From Conidiobolus incongruus B7586 (Eukaryota): a stretch of DNA of 47,870 nucleotides. The notes below the pieces were generated by a model. It made no database searches. It worked only from the letters and a program-made list of their open reading frames with translations, and was not told where the DNA came from. The position numbers and the translations under genes are program-made. Shown here one piece after another: positions 11,632 to 24,265 of this stretch (within the stretch, counting starts at the first letter, position 1; every line of letters begins with the position of its first letter). The DNA is taken from the NCBI GenBank assembly GCA_000697335.1, contig JNEM01009166.1, positions 1-47,870 on the forward strand, written 5' to 3'.

Positions 11632-14618
11632 TTAGGAGTAAGCATTGATACGCTTCATTTTATCTCTAGCCCATCTAGCAAGAAGGCGAGTTTGTTCAGA
11701 ATCTGGGCTGCGTCTAGTGCGAGCATACCGAACGATTCTAACAAGGAATTCTTGATTAAGGTAATTATTAGCTTGCCCTTGGGCATAGGCTTCACAAAGA
11801 TCACCTATGAGCCCAACAGCTCGACGAAGTACATATTCCTCGTAGGAATCCAAACTTTGGGAGAATAAGTGTAAAAATTCTACAGGATATTGGATAAAGT
11901 CCAAGAAAAGATTAGCAGCTCCAACAGCATGAAGACCTTGGACTATACCGGTGTAGGCATCAAGGATGGCGCAAGCTAAAGCATCAGGATCTAAGAAAAC
12001 AGATGGACCTTCAAGGGATGATTTAGCTTGAAGTAATTTTTCAACGGTAGGCGAGATATATGGTTGGTACGCATCGCCAATAGCTTGAGCAATATCTCCA
12101 AAGGTGGATAAAATTGATGGTTTTATAGAAGGGTCAACCTCAGGACTGGCAAGATTACTACCCAATAAAGTCATATAGTCAGCACTGTATTTGCCGAAAC
12201 TGGCTTGTAAAGATCTAGCTAAATCGCCAACAATACCAATTGAGATTGAAGTTAATTGAGGAGCCGAGGGGTTTTGAAGAGCTAAACATAAGAGAGGATG
12301 GAATTGTTCAAGATATTTTTCGAAATCAGGGCCCATAACAGTGATAATGGCTGAAATAGTAATGAAAACGTCTTCGGCTGCAGTAGTATTCTTGTTGGAG
12401 GCATCAATAATTGAGAATAAAGCAGCCATAGTTTGATCAGAGACTAAAGCAATTTGACTACCAATACGACGAATCAAACTGGTCATGACAACACAAACGT
12501 TAGACTGAAGTTCAGTCAAGCGGGGGAAACTGGCTGAGCTACTGGGATCACGGTAGAGTTCTGTTAAAGATACTAAACGAGAGAGCATCTCCATATAAAT
12601 ATCTCGAGTAATATCTAAACAATCTTCAGGACATTGACGGGCCCAACTTGATATAGCTTCATAGGCAGAAGTCAAAGTTCTAATAGGAACTTGGGTAGAA
12701 GCAGTGAATTCAACCAAAGTTTTTAAAGTACTCTGATAAATTGGTGAAAGAGGAGTAGATTGAGCTTTATCATTAGAGTTAATGTGCTCACCAAGTGCAA
12801 TTAAGCCAGAGCATGCATGAGTGACAATACTTGGCTCACCGTTCAAAGTATTAAGGAAAGCCATTACGATATCATGTAAAAGTCCCTTGTTAGACAAGAA
12901 ATCACTAGCAACTAAACAAATCTGACTCAAAGTCCAAACAGCAGAGTCTTTGACTTTAGTGGAAGGGTCATTGATCAACTTGGATAAGAGGTTTAAGGAG
13001 CCATCAATAAATGGAAGTAAACTATCGAGACTAGGACCATCCATTACTGTACCTAAAGCCATGACAGCAGCTTCACGTTTAGGCCACTCAGATGATTCAA
13101 TATTGCTAATAATAAAATCACCAACATGTGATAAGATGGCATCCTTAACATTTTGAGCAGTGAGTCTTAAACAGGTGGCAGCAGCCTTGGCTACAGTCCA
13201 TTCGTCTTCTTCAACATCTTCATCATCATCGACCATTAAAGTTAAAATCTCAGGGATAAACAAAGGTAAACTTCTGACGACGATATTTCTGTGGCTGGTA
13301 TGTTCTGATTGAATGTTGATGTCTTCCTCTTCATAATCGTATTCCGATTCATTTTGGATTTCCAATTCACTATCATTCATTGTGGACCAAAATTCGATGG
13401 CCTGATGTACTAATTCAGGCTCCTCGGAGCGTAAAGCGTTTTTAATAATTTGAGACAAGAAAGAAGATAGATATTCTTCCATAATAAAGTAGTACAATTG
13501 AGCAATGCGAACTAGACATTCAAAAGCTTTGACTTGAATATCTCCTGGTTTGACAGCAGCTTCCGAAATTTGATTCATGATATAGTTTCTTTCTTCCGGA
13601 ATTTCAAAGTTGTGAGAAGCAAAAGCGAGAGAGTTATATAAGGCGGAAAAAGCTTCAATTCGGACATTTCTAAAGTGAAAAATCATTAAAATATTTTTTT
13701 TGGCAAGTTAATTCACACTTACGTTGGCTGAGATTCATTGGATCCGTTAACAATAACATTCAAAATCGAGCTCGATTGAGATTGTAAAAATGCAGCTTGC
13801 TATATAAAATTTTAGTAATTTTCAATTAAGACATATAAAATTTACTTACAGGAATTTCACAAATATAACCAATAGTTCTTAAAGTGTTGATTTTAAGTCT
13901 TTCATCGCCTGATTGCATATATTGTGCTAAAATAGTCATTAGGTCTTCCCAGTGATTCATAGGTAATTCAATGCCAGCAATAGCAGTTACAATCTGAATG
14001 ATAATTTAATGTTAAAATAAGCAAATTTAGAAGCTTGAATCAGTTCAAAAATTACCTGAGCAGCAGCTAAGCCAATAGTGGGTTCTGGAAGAGCTAAAGA
14101 TTCCAACATCTAATATATAAATAAAAATTAACAATAAATCGACATAATCTCTTAATGAAATACCTTTTGCTTAATTTGAATTCTGAAAGCAGGGTCTAAA
14201 CTTAACCAACGTTGAGCGAATTCATTGTTGGTCATGGGATCCTAAAAAATTAAAAAACAATGAGTAAATATTAGATAAATAATAAAATTTGAATCATACT
14301 TTGGAGGTGAGTGAATTCTTAATAGCTAAACCAGCAGCAGAGCGGCCACTAGGATCATTACTTGAATTCAAAAAGTATTCACCTAATGAAAGTAAAAATT
14401 TTGTCTAAAAATTGAAAATAATATTTAGTAAACTCATATTAATTAATATGATAAGGATTAGAATTACGTAATCTTGTTGCAATTCACACAACTGATTTTC
14501 AGCATTAACACGGATTTGGTTATCTATTACAAGGTGTTAGATAAATAGCTTAAATAATCATATAGATATTAAATATACCTGCATCTAGTGTTCTCTTTAA
14601 AATTTCACCCAAATCCAT
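11632..14618 (-). CDS. KAP95: Importin beta-1 (karyopherin beta, HEAT repeats), multi-exon
   Basis: 5' exons MDLGEILKRTLDA...AAAGLAIKNSLTSK...TIGYICE; large exon with QAIEFWST, acidic loop DDDEDVEEDEWTVAKAAATCL, WPKREAAVMALG, KPSILSTFGDIA. Confidence 0.93.
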
Positions 14619-15431
14619 TACTGATAATTGAACTAATATGTAACAAAGACAAATAAAATTTTTTAATTGTAATTATTTTAATATACAAATTGTCAATTTA
14701 GTTCATCAATTCAGTTTATGTCAAAATGATCCATATTACCTAAAGAATTTGACAAATATTATGGTTGAATATTCTAGATTGAATGATTTTACATTCGTAA
14801 AACTTTTCCCTTAAATAGTTTGATGAATATATTCAAAACAAATAAATATCATAGATATTATGATACGTTATATATGATCAAGTTAAACTATGTCAATATA
14901 TTAAAAATATTATATCTAAATATTTACTCTAGTTCTTTATCTATTGTATTTAATTTAAATTCTCTATGCCATTATTTCTGCTAATATACAATGTTTGACG
15001 AAATTTGGTAATTTTTTTATCGAATATACTATTTGATTAACTTTTCACTCTTAACTTATATTTTATTTTAGGCTTTTATGAATGAATTAATTATAATAAA
15101 TACTAAATCCGATTATAATAGAAATTTACTTTGGTTAACTGGTAAAATGTATTTTAAATAATTTATCAATAAGATTAAAGATATAAAATATTTTAAAATT
15201 CATTCAATTTTTATCTGGTGAACATGATTTATGGTATAAGCTATATTTCATTTTTTATTCTATTTGCGACATACAAATATAATATTTGATTATCAAGATA
15301 TATTTTCATTTAACAATATTATTGAAAAAAAATCCCATAAAAAGAACTATCATTAAAATGAGATTTATAGGGGTTAATCAACTGTTTTTAGATTTTGGAT
15401 TATTAATCAAATATTTAACAAAGCTTTAATA

Positions 15432-16807
15432 ATGAATAAACCTGAAGATCTTCATTCTACAAGTTATCGTCCAATTCTTACTGCAAAAGTATCTAATCTA
15501 AAACCTTTGATGACTCTCTTAAGGGGAGTTCATTTCAAAGAAGTAATTATCTTACAATTATTTTGAATTATTTTACTGATCATCATATTTGTTATCAGAA
15601 AGCTAATTTTGCCATTAGTGAAGATGGCATTAGCATTATTATAGAAGAGAGTAAATGTTTTCAAGGTCATTCAGTATTAAAGAAAAATCTTTTTGAGCAG
15701 TATGATTTTTTCCCAGATAGAGATAGATTTCAGCACCTTCATCAAAATGATTTTATTAGTCCTAATCCTCCTTCCAAGCCTGCTATTTCTTTTGCCATCA
15801 ACCTAGATACATTAATTCAATGTATTCTTCTTTACAGCGCTGGACCAAGAGCTACTTACTCTAGCAATAGTGTTGCTTTTGGGATTAACGATCAAATCGC
15901 TAATCGAACCGAACCTAATCACACTTTCCCTTTGAATACCGTTGCAGGAACTCCTACTCATCTAACAGGAAACAAAACATCTGTGCAATTTTTATACGGC
16001 TCTGAATTGGATCCTAAATTAGTTGTAGTGTAGGTTAGCTCTTTCATTATATAGTTTGTTATTAATTTTATTACTCTAGAATTGAAGAAAATGGAGTTGT
16101 TTCCAAGTGTATATTGCCTACTTTTGAAATAGAATATTTTGAACCTTTAGTTATAAATCGAGAAATTGTTTCTAATAGGATAGTGATTCATGTACTTGAT
16201 ATATCAAATAATATTAACTTCATTTAATTTAATTATATTTAGTCAGATTTACTGAAAAAATCTATACTCAGCTTGGATGATTCTGCAACCTATATTACTT
16301 TATGCATCAGTCCATCAAGTCCTCATATTAGGCTACAATCCTCAGGCTCTACAGGATATTCAGAAGTAATTCAATTGATATTATTTAATATATGCTAATT
16401 TCTAATTTTATTACAGATTAATATGAGTATTGGACCTAATATCGAAGTGTTTTGTGGAGATCACTTTCCAAGGAATTTTTCGTAAGTTTGCTTATAAAAA
16501 TATGTAAATATGGTATTAAGTCTCTTCAATAGGTATAAATTTCACCAATTTTTGTATTTAATTAAAGCTTTGAGCTTATGTCAAATTACTCGTGTAGAAC
16601 TCGAATCTACAGGGTTATTATTGGTTCAAGTAATATTATATTTATACTAATTGCATTTCAATAATGTTAAATTATACATAGGCACTTATGTTTGGTGAAA
16701 CAAATAACAGCTTGGTGGAATTCTATGTAAGTTGATTTTTTTAATATTTATTTCATTAATTAATTTCGAAATTGATTTAGTTCATACCAGAAAGTGAGGT
16801 ACATTAA
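15432..16807 (+). CDS. RAD1: 9-1-1 checkpoint clamp subunit Rad1/Rec1 (S. cerevisiae Rad17 ortholog), multi-exon
   Basis: ILTAKVSNLKPLMTLLRGVHFKE-KANFAISEDGISIIIEESKCFQGH.....LFEQY matches the Rad1-family N-terminus. Later exons read KALSLCQITRVELESTGLLLVQ and VEFY-FIP; stop TAA at 16805-16807. Confidence 0.88.
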
Positions 16808-17585
16808 TTCAATCGAACAGATCTTTGTCGATACGAATTAGTTAATAAAACACCTTTTATTGATCTTAATACAGACTCAATTTGCTGAACTTGGGATTTT
16901 TGATTCAAATGATTCTGTTCATTTTGATAAGATTGTCCAATTAACTGAATTTTAGTGTCTCTTAAATCCTCTCTTAGATCAAATATTATCTCTTTTCTTC
17001 TATATTGAATTTTGACTAATTCTTGATTAAGCTCAGCCATCCTCTTGATAACATTATCATGAGCTTCAGAATTAATATTAAAATGCAGTCCCTTCTTAGT
17101 CAATTGATTCATTTTGGTTGTAGTGTAATGTTCCTGCTTTTTCTTCCTTAGATTCCTTGAGATTAATTTGCAATATATTTTAGAATACTAAAAATATATA
17201 AGATTAGTATTATGTTATATAATTCTTTAACTTTATATAATTACTAATAAGTAAATAATCCAAGATAATAAACCCGAAGTCTGTAAGAATTTGATAATGA
17301 AATCAATAGATATGAGTTTTTTAAACATTAATTGAACCAAGGCAGTAGTGAAACTCGATTTTGTACTTGACCTAATACTATCATAAATACTGACTATTTA
17401 TTTAAAATATCATATTCACATACCTTTTAAGATATATATCGAATATTTGATGCTATAATTGATGATCATTAACATTGGTTCACATATGATGAATATAGTC
17501 AAATTACCCAATAATTTGAATTTGTATGCATTTTGTTAAGATTGAGCTGGTGATACCAAAAATTTGCCATAAGTTGATTTGTCAT
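16804..17585 (-). CDS. Hypothetical ~205-aa protein with a hydrophobic segment and C-terminal coiled coil (4 exons)
   Basis: Exons 17585-17508, 17452-17424, 17371-17245 and 17187-16804 join in phase through 52-57 nt GT-AG introns into one open frame. No family recognised. Confidence 0.6.
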
Positions 17586-17914
17586 AATGATGATATTAAT
17601 TCAATAGTTGTACTTTGAACAACAACTTAGTAATCTATGAGGGTTAATATTTATATTGTTTATTGATGAAATCAACTTTTGAGTAGTTTACAATTTGAAA
17701 ATTAAAAAACTTGTTAGATAGTTCCCATTATATCTAATTATGGTAGTATTCGAGTTACATCAAATGGGATGTTATTGATACCACCAATTTCGATCATTTA
17801 TCAACCAAAATATAGTACGATTTTATTGGATATTATGATAGGAATATTGTTAATTAAGAGTCATTAAATAACAAAAATAATTTAATATTAACTCATAAAA
17901 GATTTATTTACATA

Positions 17915-20209
17915 TTAAAAAAATGACTGAAACTTGGAATACTTGTTCTGTTTTGTTAAAGCATTACTCATATGTCTTGATATGAATCCTGGCCAACAGT
18001 CAACAGGTAATTGATGATGAATGACACACTGTTCATAGAGCGACTGAACAGGTATATCGGGTATTTGGGAATCACTAGCTTCGTTATTCGTTTTAAAGTT
18101 CATCTAATAATATTTAATACTTGCTTTAAATATAAAGTAGTTTTATAATTACCTTAACACATAAAGCTAAAGAATAAAAATAGAGCTATAAAATGAATAT
18201 TATATATGCATATTCTGATTATAGTATTATTTATAATCACCTGTTTAAGCTTTTCAACTTCATCTACATGTCTTTGGATATCAAATTGTCCCTAAATAGA
18301 TGATTAGGTTAAATTGTATAATAACAGAACATATTAATATACCAAAAATTCTTCTTCAGCAGGATTTTTTTTAGCATTATCTGATGGTGTAAATAATCTT
18401 AACTGAGAAATTCTTTCAACAAGTTCTAATCTCTTATTTTGCTCATCATCGAGAGCTTTTGTCATACTTGCAATTTTTTCATCAGTAGTAACAGTTAAAG
18501 CATGAACCATCTGAAATTTATTAATTTCCATGATAACAAGCTTACTATAATTATAAATAATTTACCTGTTCTAGAGAATTGATAGTCGTATTGGCAACTT
18601 CTAGCTGTAATTGGAGCTGTCTCATAGAGAGTGCATTCTGAAATACATTGATTTAATTAATAAATTTAAATAATAATAATAATAATATTAATAATAAATG
18701 TCTTACTTTAGAAACAGATACCATACGATCAGCTTGCGTTTTATATTCTGCTAATAAGTCTATAATATCAAAGTATTATTTCGATATTTATATGATATAT
18801 GAGAATATTTGTAATTACCAGAAGGATGATAAAATAACATATCATCAGGAACTAATTCCTTATTGAAATTAGATTTAATAGGCCAGTAAGGATCACTCGA
18901 ATAATACTTAAAACTTAAGTGAGGGCCTAAAGTCGAACTCTCTCTGAGTTTTCCATTTTTATGAAAGTAGGTCACTATAATACGGTGTTTTCCCCTATTC
19001 AAAGTAACTTTTCCCTCTTTTTCTTTATTATAATGCTATCAACATATATATTAATGAAATGTTATTGAATCAAATAATAATTAAAAATTACCACTCCATC
19101 ATTTGAGATAATTGGTTTGTCCATATTTTCAACAAATAGTTCACTACCATCATTACTTTCTAAATAGAATAAATGACTGCCTGATTTTGGAATATGTAAA
19201 TATGCTGTATATTTTACAGCAAAATTTCCTAATTCTTTAATGATTACTTAGTTAAATAATATCATTATATAATATATGGTGATAATCACCTATATCGGGA
19301 ACTTCGGTATTAGGTTCCATGAAATCTGATTTCTCAGTTAACAAACCAATTGAAATATTAGGAACAACTCCAACACTCTAAATTAAATATTAATAAACCT
19401 TGGATATTTATCATTAATAAAGCTTTTACAGTTGGTATCAGTTGATCAAAATTTGGCAACTCGCTAAATTCACCTCTATAATACTCATAAACAACCCCAG
19501 GCTGGCATTCTTTTAAGTCGATGCCTTCGTGTTGAGATAATTCATTAGTATTAATAGTACTAGAGATCATGGAACTTCTATCCGACTAAATAACAATTAA
19601 CCAAATTTTTAAGAATACATAAAATAGAAATACCGTAGTATATTGATGGTGACAGAGTTCAGCGTGCCTTCGCATATTCTTTCTAGACACCTGCTGGTTA
19701 CATCTCGGATGAATACAAGGAATAAAACGTTCTAAACACTCAGTTTCCAAATGATATGTAAAATTCTTTTTTAATAAAATTTCTTCACATGTTAAACATT
19801 TCACTCTTAATTCCTGTAACTGTGACTCGACAGAGTCACTGGAGAAATATTGACTTGAGTGCGTTTTACATAGAGGACATAATAAATCCAAGTCGGGTAC
19901 CAATGAATTATTTCTCGAGTGACTGGAAAGATGGGGACTATTATTCAACGCTTGGTCTAAACTAATGGCTTTGGGTGTTTTTTGTTTGAGTTTGTTCGAT
20001 TTTTTGGTTTGCTTAGAATGAATTGAAAATGTATCTGCTTGAGGTGGTGGCGAAAGAGGTGGAGACGTAACAGATACCCAGCCAAAAACACATTCAGAGC
20101 AAAAAGTATGATTACAGCTCAATGTAATCGGATTTAAATAAGGATTAGAACATAGTGGACAAAGCAATTTAGGTTCAACGTAATCTACATAGATATACAA
20201 ATCTTCCAT
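17915..20209 (-). CDS. RING finger + TRAF-type zinc fingers + PA14 domain + coiled-coil protein (~579 aa, 11 exons); putative E3 ubiquitin ligase
   Basis: C3HC4 RING (CPLC..CNH..CSEC..CPLC); TRAF Zn finger CIHPRC...HAELC; PA14 motifs GVVYEYY, NFAVKYTAYLHIP.SG...FYLESNDGSELF, ISNDGVH...EKEGKVTL.RGKHRI.V.YF. All 10 introns are GT-AG and phase-consistent. Confidence 0.88.
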
Positions 20210-21295
20210 TATGAATGATCTGTATTAAGGAATAATAAAAACTACAAAATGCAAAATATATCAATTATTTTATTGATTAACTTTAGTAAATATTTATAAA
20301 CAAAAAGTGAATATAAAAATTGTGGTTAAATTTATTTTAATCTCATTCAATAAAAACGCGAATAAATAGTGTTGGAATAGATTACCATTTTTTATATTAA
20401 TTTATACATATTTTATTTATCCATTCTTAAGCATGACTTAATGTTTGGATTGTCTATTTGAGAATAATATAAATATCTGAGAATAATTGATTTTGGTTCA
20501 TAGATTTTAACCTTTTCTGTTTATATTCTTCGATACATATTTATATTTTTCTTTTTAATAATTCAAACCAAAATAAATAATCAATATAGCTCAGTATCAC
20601 TGTGACCTAACTGAGCAAATTGATATAATTAAACCGCTATATTGTTAGTTGAATGTTGATTCAACTAACATTGAATAAATTTAGTTCTAATTTCGATTTG
20701 ATTATATCTTTCATAATATTCATGAATCAAATATCAATGACTATCATTATTACATGTAGTAACATATTGTATATATAATATAAATATCAAATGAATAAAT
20801 TATTTTGTATATAATTTTTGCAAATCCTTAAATCATAATTTTCAAAATTATATGGATTTTGAATATGATTCAATTACCATATTTGGGAATTTTTCAAATA
20901 TTAGGCAAAAGAATACAAATTGAATTTTTCGACTTATTTCATATTTATTAAGTAGTCAATCTTGAAATAAATATAATTTGTTGTTTCGTATAGTATTATT
21001 GGTTAGTGTAATATATAAAAATAGACATTATTTTCAAATCATAGAAAAAAATACTTGATATTTTTCTGAATATGAAAGTAATCAAAATTTGTAATTATTC
21101 GAAAATAATATATTAATCAAGTGTGTGAGAATTTTGATGATTGATATTTGATCTCATATTTCCTTCACATGATTAATTAATGAAAAAATCCCATAACAAA
21201 CTATAAAGTGTGATGTTATAAAGCTGTTTGAATTTAATTGACTGCTTTTAATTTATAATTATATAATACAAAGCTTTAGTTAATTATAATCATCG

Positions 21296-22424
21296 ATGCT
21301 AAAACAATTTATCGCACCAAAATATAGTGGTTATTCTGTAAGAAATCTAATCAATTTGTATTTAATACATAATTAATCATATTTTTAGTTGCAATTTAGT
21401 CCTTTTTATGAACATAAATTAGCAGTTGTAGGGGCTGCCAACTATGGTTTAATAGGTAATGGTCAGCTATTAATCTTAGAAGATACTCCTGGTGATATAG
21501 TAGTTCAAAATGGGTAATTATTAACTTTTCAATTACCTGTATTTGTTTAATTAACATTACTAAAAACTTAGTTTTGAAACACAGGATGGCTTATTTGATG
21601 TGAGTTGGAGTGAAATCAATGAACATCAGCTTGTCACAGCTTGTGGTGACGGCTCTATTAAACTTTGGGATATTAATTTAAAGGTTTATTACTTTTTAAT
21701 ATTTATTTAAAAATATAAAAAATGACTAATTTATTTTTAGAATCATCCAATTCGCAATTGGCATGAGCATAAAAAAGAAGTTATGGGAGTAAACTGGAAT
21801 CCAGTTAAAAAAGATCAATTTGTCTCAGCTTCTTGGGATCAATCAATTAAAGTTTGGAATCCAGAAATTGGTAACTCGCTTGTAACCTTTGTGGGCCATC
21901 AACAATGTGTATACTCTGCAATGTGGTCACCCCATAATCCAGATTTGTTAGCATCTTGTTCAGGGGATCAACAATTAAAGATTTGGGATACTAAATCACC
22001 TAAGGGTGCAGTCCAATCAATTCATGCCCATTTAAATGAGATACTTTCATTAGACTGGAACAAATATGAACCTTCTCAAGTTGTTACCGCCTCAGTTGAT
22101 CATACCGTTAAAGCGTGGGATTTAAGAGACTTAAGAAGAGAACTTTGCTCTTTCAAATGCCATGATTATGCTATTAGAAGAGTTAAATGCTCGCCTCATG
22201 CCAATGGAGTTATTGGAACTGCTTCTTATGATATGACCGCTAGACTTTGGGATCTCAACCGACTAAATGGAGGCCATAATCCCGCTTTATATGTTCATGA
22301 CGTCCATTCAGAATTCGTACTCGGATTGGATTTCAATTTATACGTACCTGGGCAGATTGCTACATGTAGTTGGGATGAAAGAGTGAATATTTTCATGGTT
22401 CCTGAATTAGCTAAACAAGGATAA
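21296..22424 (+). CDS. PEX7: Peroxisomal PTS2 receptor Pex7 (WD40), multi-exon
   Basis: [84 protein letters not shown]. Confidence 0.95.
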
Positions 22425-22869
22425 AATCTTTGATTAATTATACAAGTATTTTCAAAAAAACTATATATTTAAATTTCAATTGCTTTGATTAAAATGTTAT
22501 GAACAATATTATTATCAACATTAAAAATTATTATATTTATTGAGACAATAGTATTGTATTTAATGATTTTAATAATAATGAATTTATTATGTTCGATAAA
22601 ATTGTCGCCAACATTTAGCATATATCTAGTTTAATCTAATTTTTTATCTCAATTTCATTATTCAAAATATATTTTAACTTGTAAATAATTAATATAAAAA
22701 ATATTCATCTAACATGTTATCGTATTAAAGTCAATTTTAACCAAATATATCAGTAAAACCTAATATAGTATTTTGATAACTAGTTCGTATAAAAAATAAA
22801 ATAATAAATAATAAATATTGAAAACTATGAATACCAAATAAATAAAATTAAATGTTTATATTTATATTA

Positions 22870-23323
22870 TCATTGTTGTTGTTCCATATTTTTAGGTAAG
22901 GTTATCTCTAAAAATTGATAACAGATATCATCGGACCAAAGTCTTTCAATTTCAATAGTTTTAACTTTACCATCCTCTATAAAAAAAATTTTTAGTAAAT
23001 TTTGAAAATTACTAAATCAATTTTTAATTATTACCAAATTCAACTTTAAGCTGAGGAACAGTTTTTTCTTGGGGACGAACAATTTCAAATTGTAAATCGG
23101 GGTTATTAAACTTAATTCTGGGAACGTATTGTTGATAAAAATGTCTATAGTAATATGTTAATTTGTTTAAGTTATATCGATTTATTATATTAAATTACCT
23201 AGCACCAGAAGCATCAGCTTTCTTAGTGGGGAATTTTAAGTAAACTTTTTTAACGGATTTATCTAATTTGACAGCACCTAGTCCAACTTTTAATTTTTGT
23301 AATAAATGAAATCCAGAAGCCAT
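22870..23323 (-). CDS. MRP49: Mitochondrial ribosomal protein of the L51/S25/CI-B8 family (Mrp49/mL61-like), 3 exons
   Basis: Not in the ORF track. Spliced read MASGFHLLQKLKVGLGAVKLDKSVKKVYLKF...SGAR-HFYQQYVPRIKFNNPDL...-EDGKVKTIEI... fits the fungal Mrp49 pattern G.GA..L...GAR.F....PR.K..NP. Confidence 0.8.
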
Positions 23324-23525
23324 GTTTTATAATTTAAGTAATGGTTATATTTGATCTTAAAATAATATTTTCTATCTGCATTTATATTTTATTGAATAAA
23401 AATGTTTATATATTTGATAATAAATAGAGGGAATTATGGGATTTTTTTAAAAATTACTATTTTTGTGACTAAATATCTTCTATAAGACAAAATTGATAAG
23501 AACTATTATTAAATAAGCTGTAAAC

Positions 23526-23557
<32 letters not shown>
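23526..23557. repeat. (AAT)n microsatellite, ~10 units
   Basis: Perfect AAT tandem array. Confidence 0.9.
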
Positions 23558-23560
<3 letters not shown>

Positions 23561-24265
23561 TTACTAGTTATATTTATTTTTCAAAATTTTAATCAAATAT
23601 TATATTGATTGATTTTTTATTATCTATTATGATGTTTTATTGCTCGAAACAATTTTTTAATATCACTTAATTTAAAAAAAGATATTAACATATTCATTAT
23701 CATACTAAACTAATAACAATTTTTTAAAGATTATGTGAGGATATGGTAATCATAGTCTTTGCTTATATTGACTATAAATTCATCATTTTTAATACAAATT
23801 TCACCATTGTATTGATTCATATCACTTGATATGGTTAAATATAATCGGTTTGATTGGAAATAAAGATTGATGTTGTAGGCACGTTTTATTTGTTAAAATT
23901 TTTTTTTTGAAATAATATAAATGAATAAATAGTTATGAATTTCACAGCAGTATCTTGATTATCATTATCTATCATAAAATATACAAGTATGAAGCAATTG
24001 TAGATGAATGAATATATTTAAAAATATTTCAATATGGAAAATTAATTAATATACAATTTTTAGATAGATAATTCAGGATAAAGTATATATGCGTTTATTG
24101 AAATATGATGAATTTTTAAAATTACATAGAGTTAAAACTCATATGACTTGGATATGGAAAGAAATATACAGACAGTTTTAAAAAATAGAAAATTTTGCCT
24201 AATCAAAAGCAAGAGGGATACAATCAGATTATAGGAATTGAAAAGTATCCAAATTGTTTTTTTGG

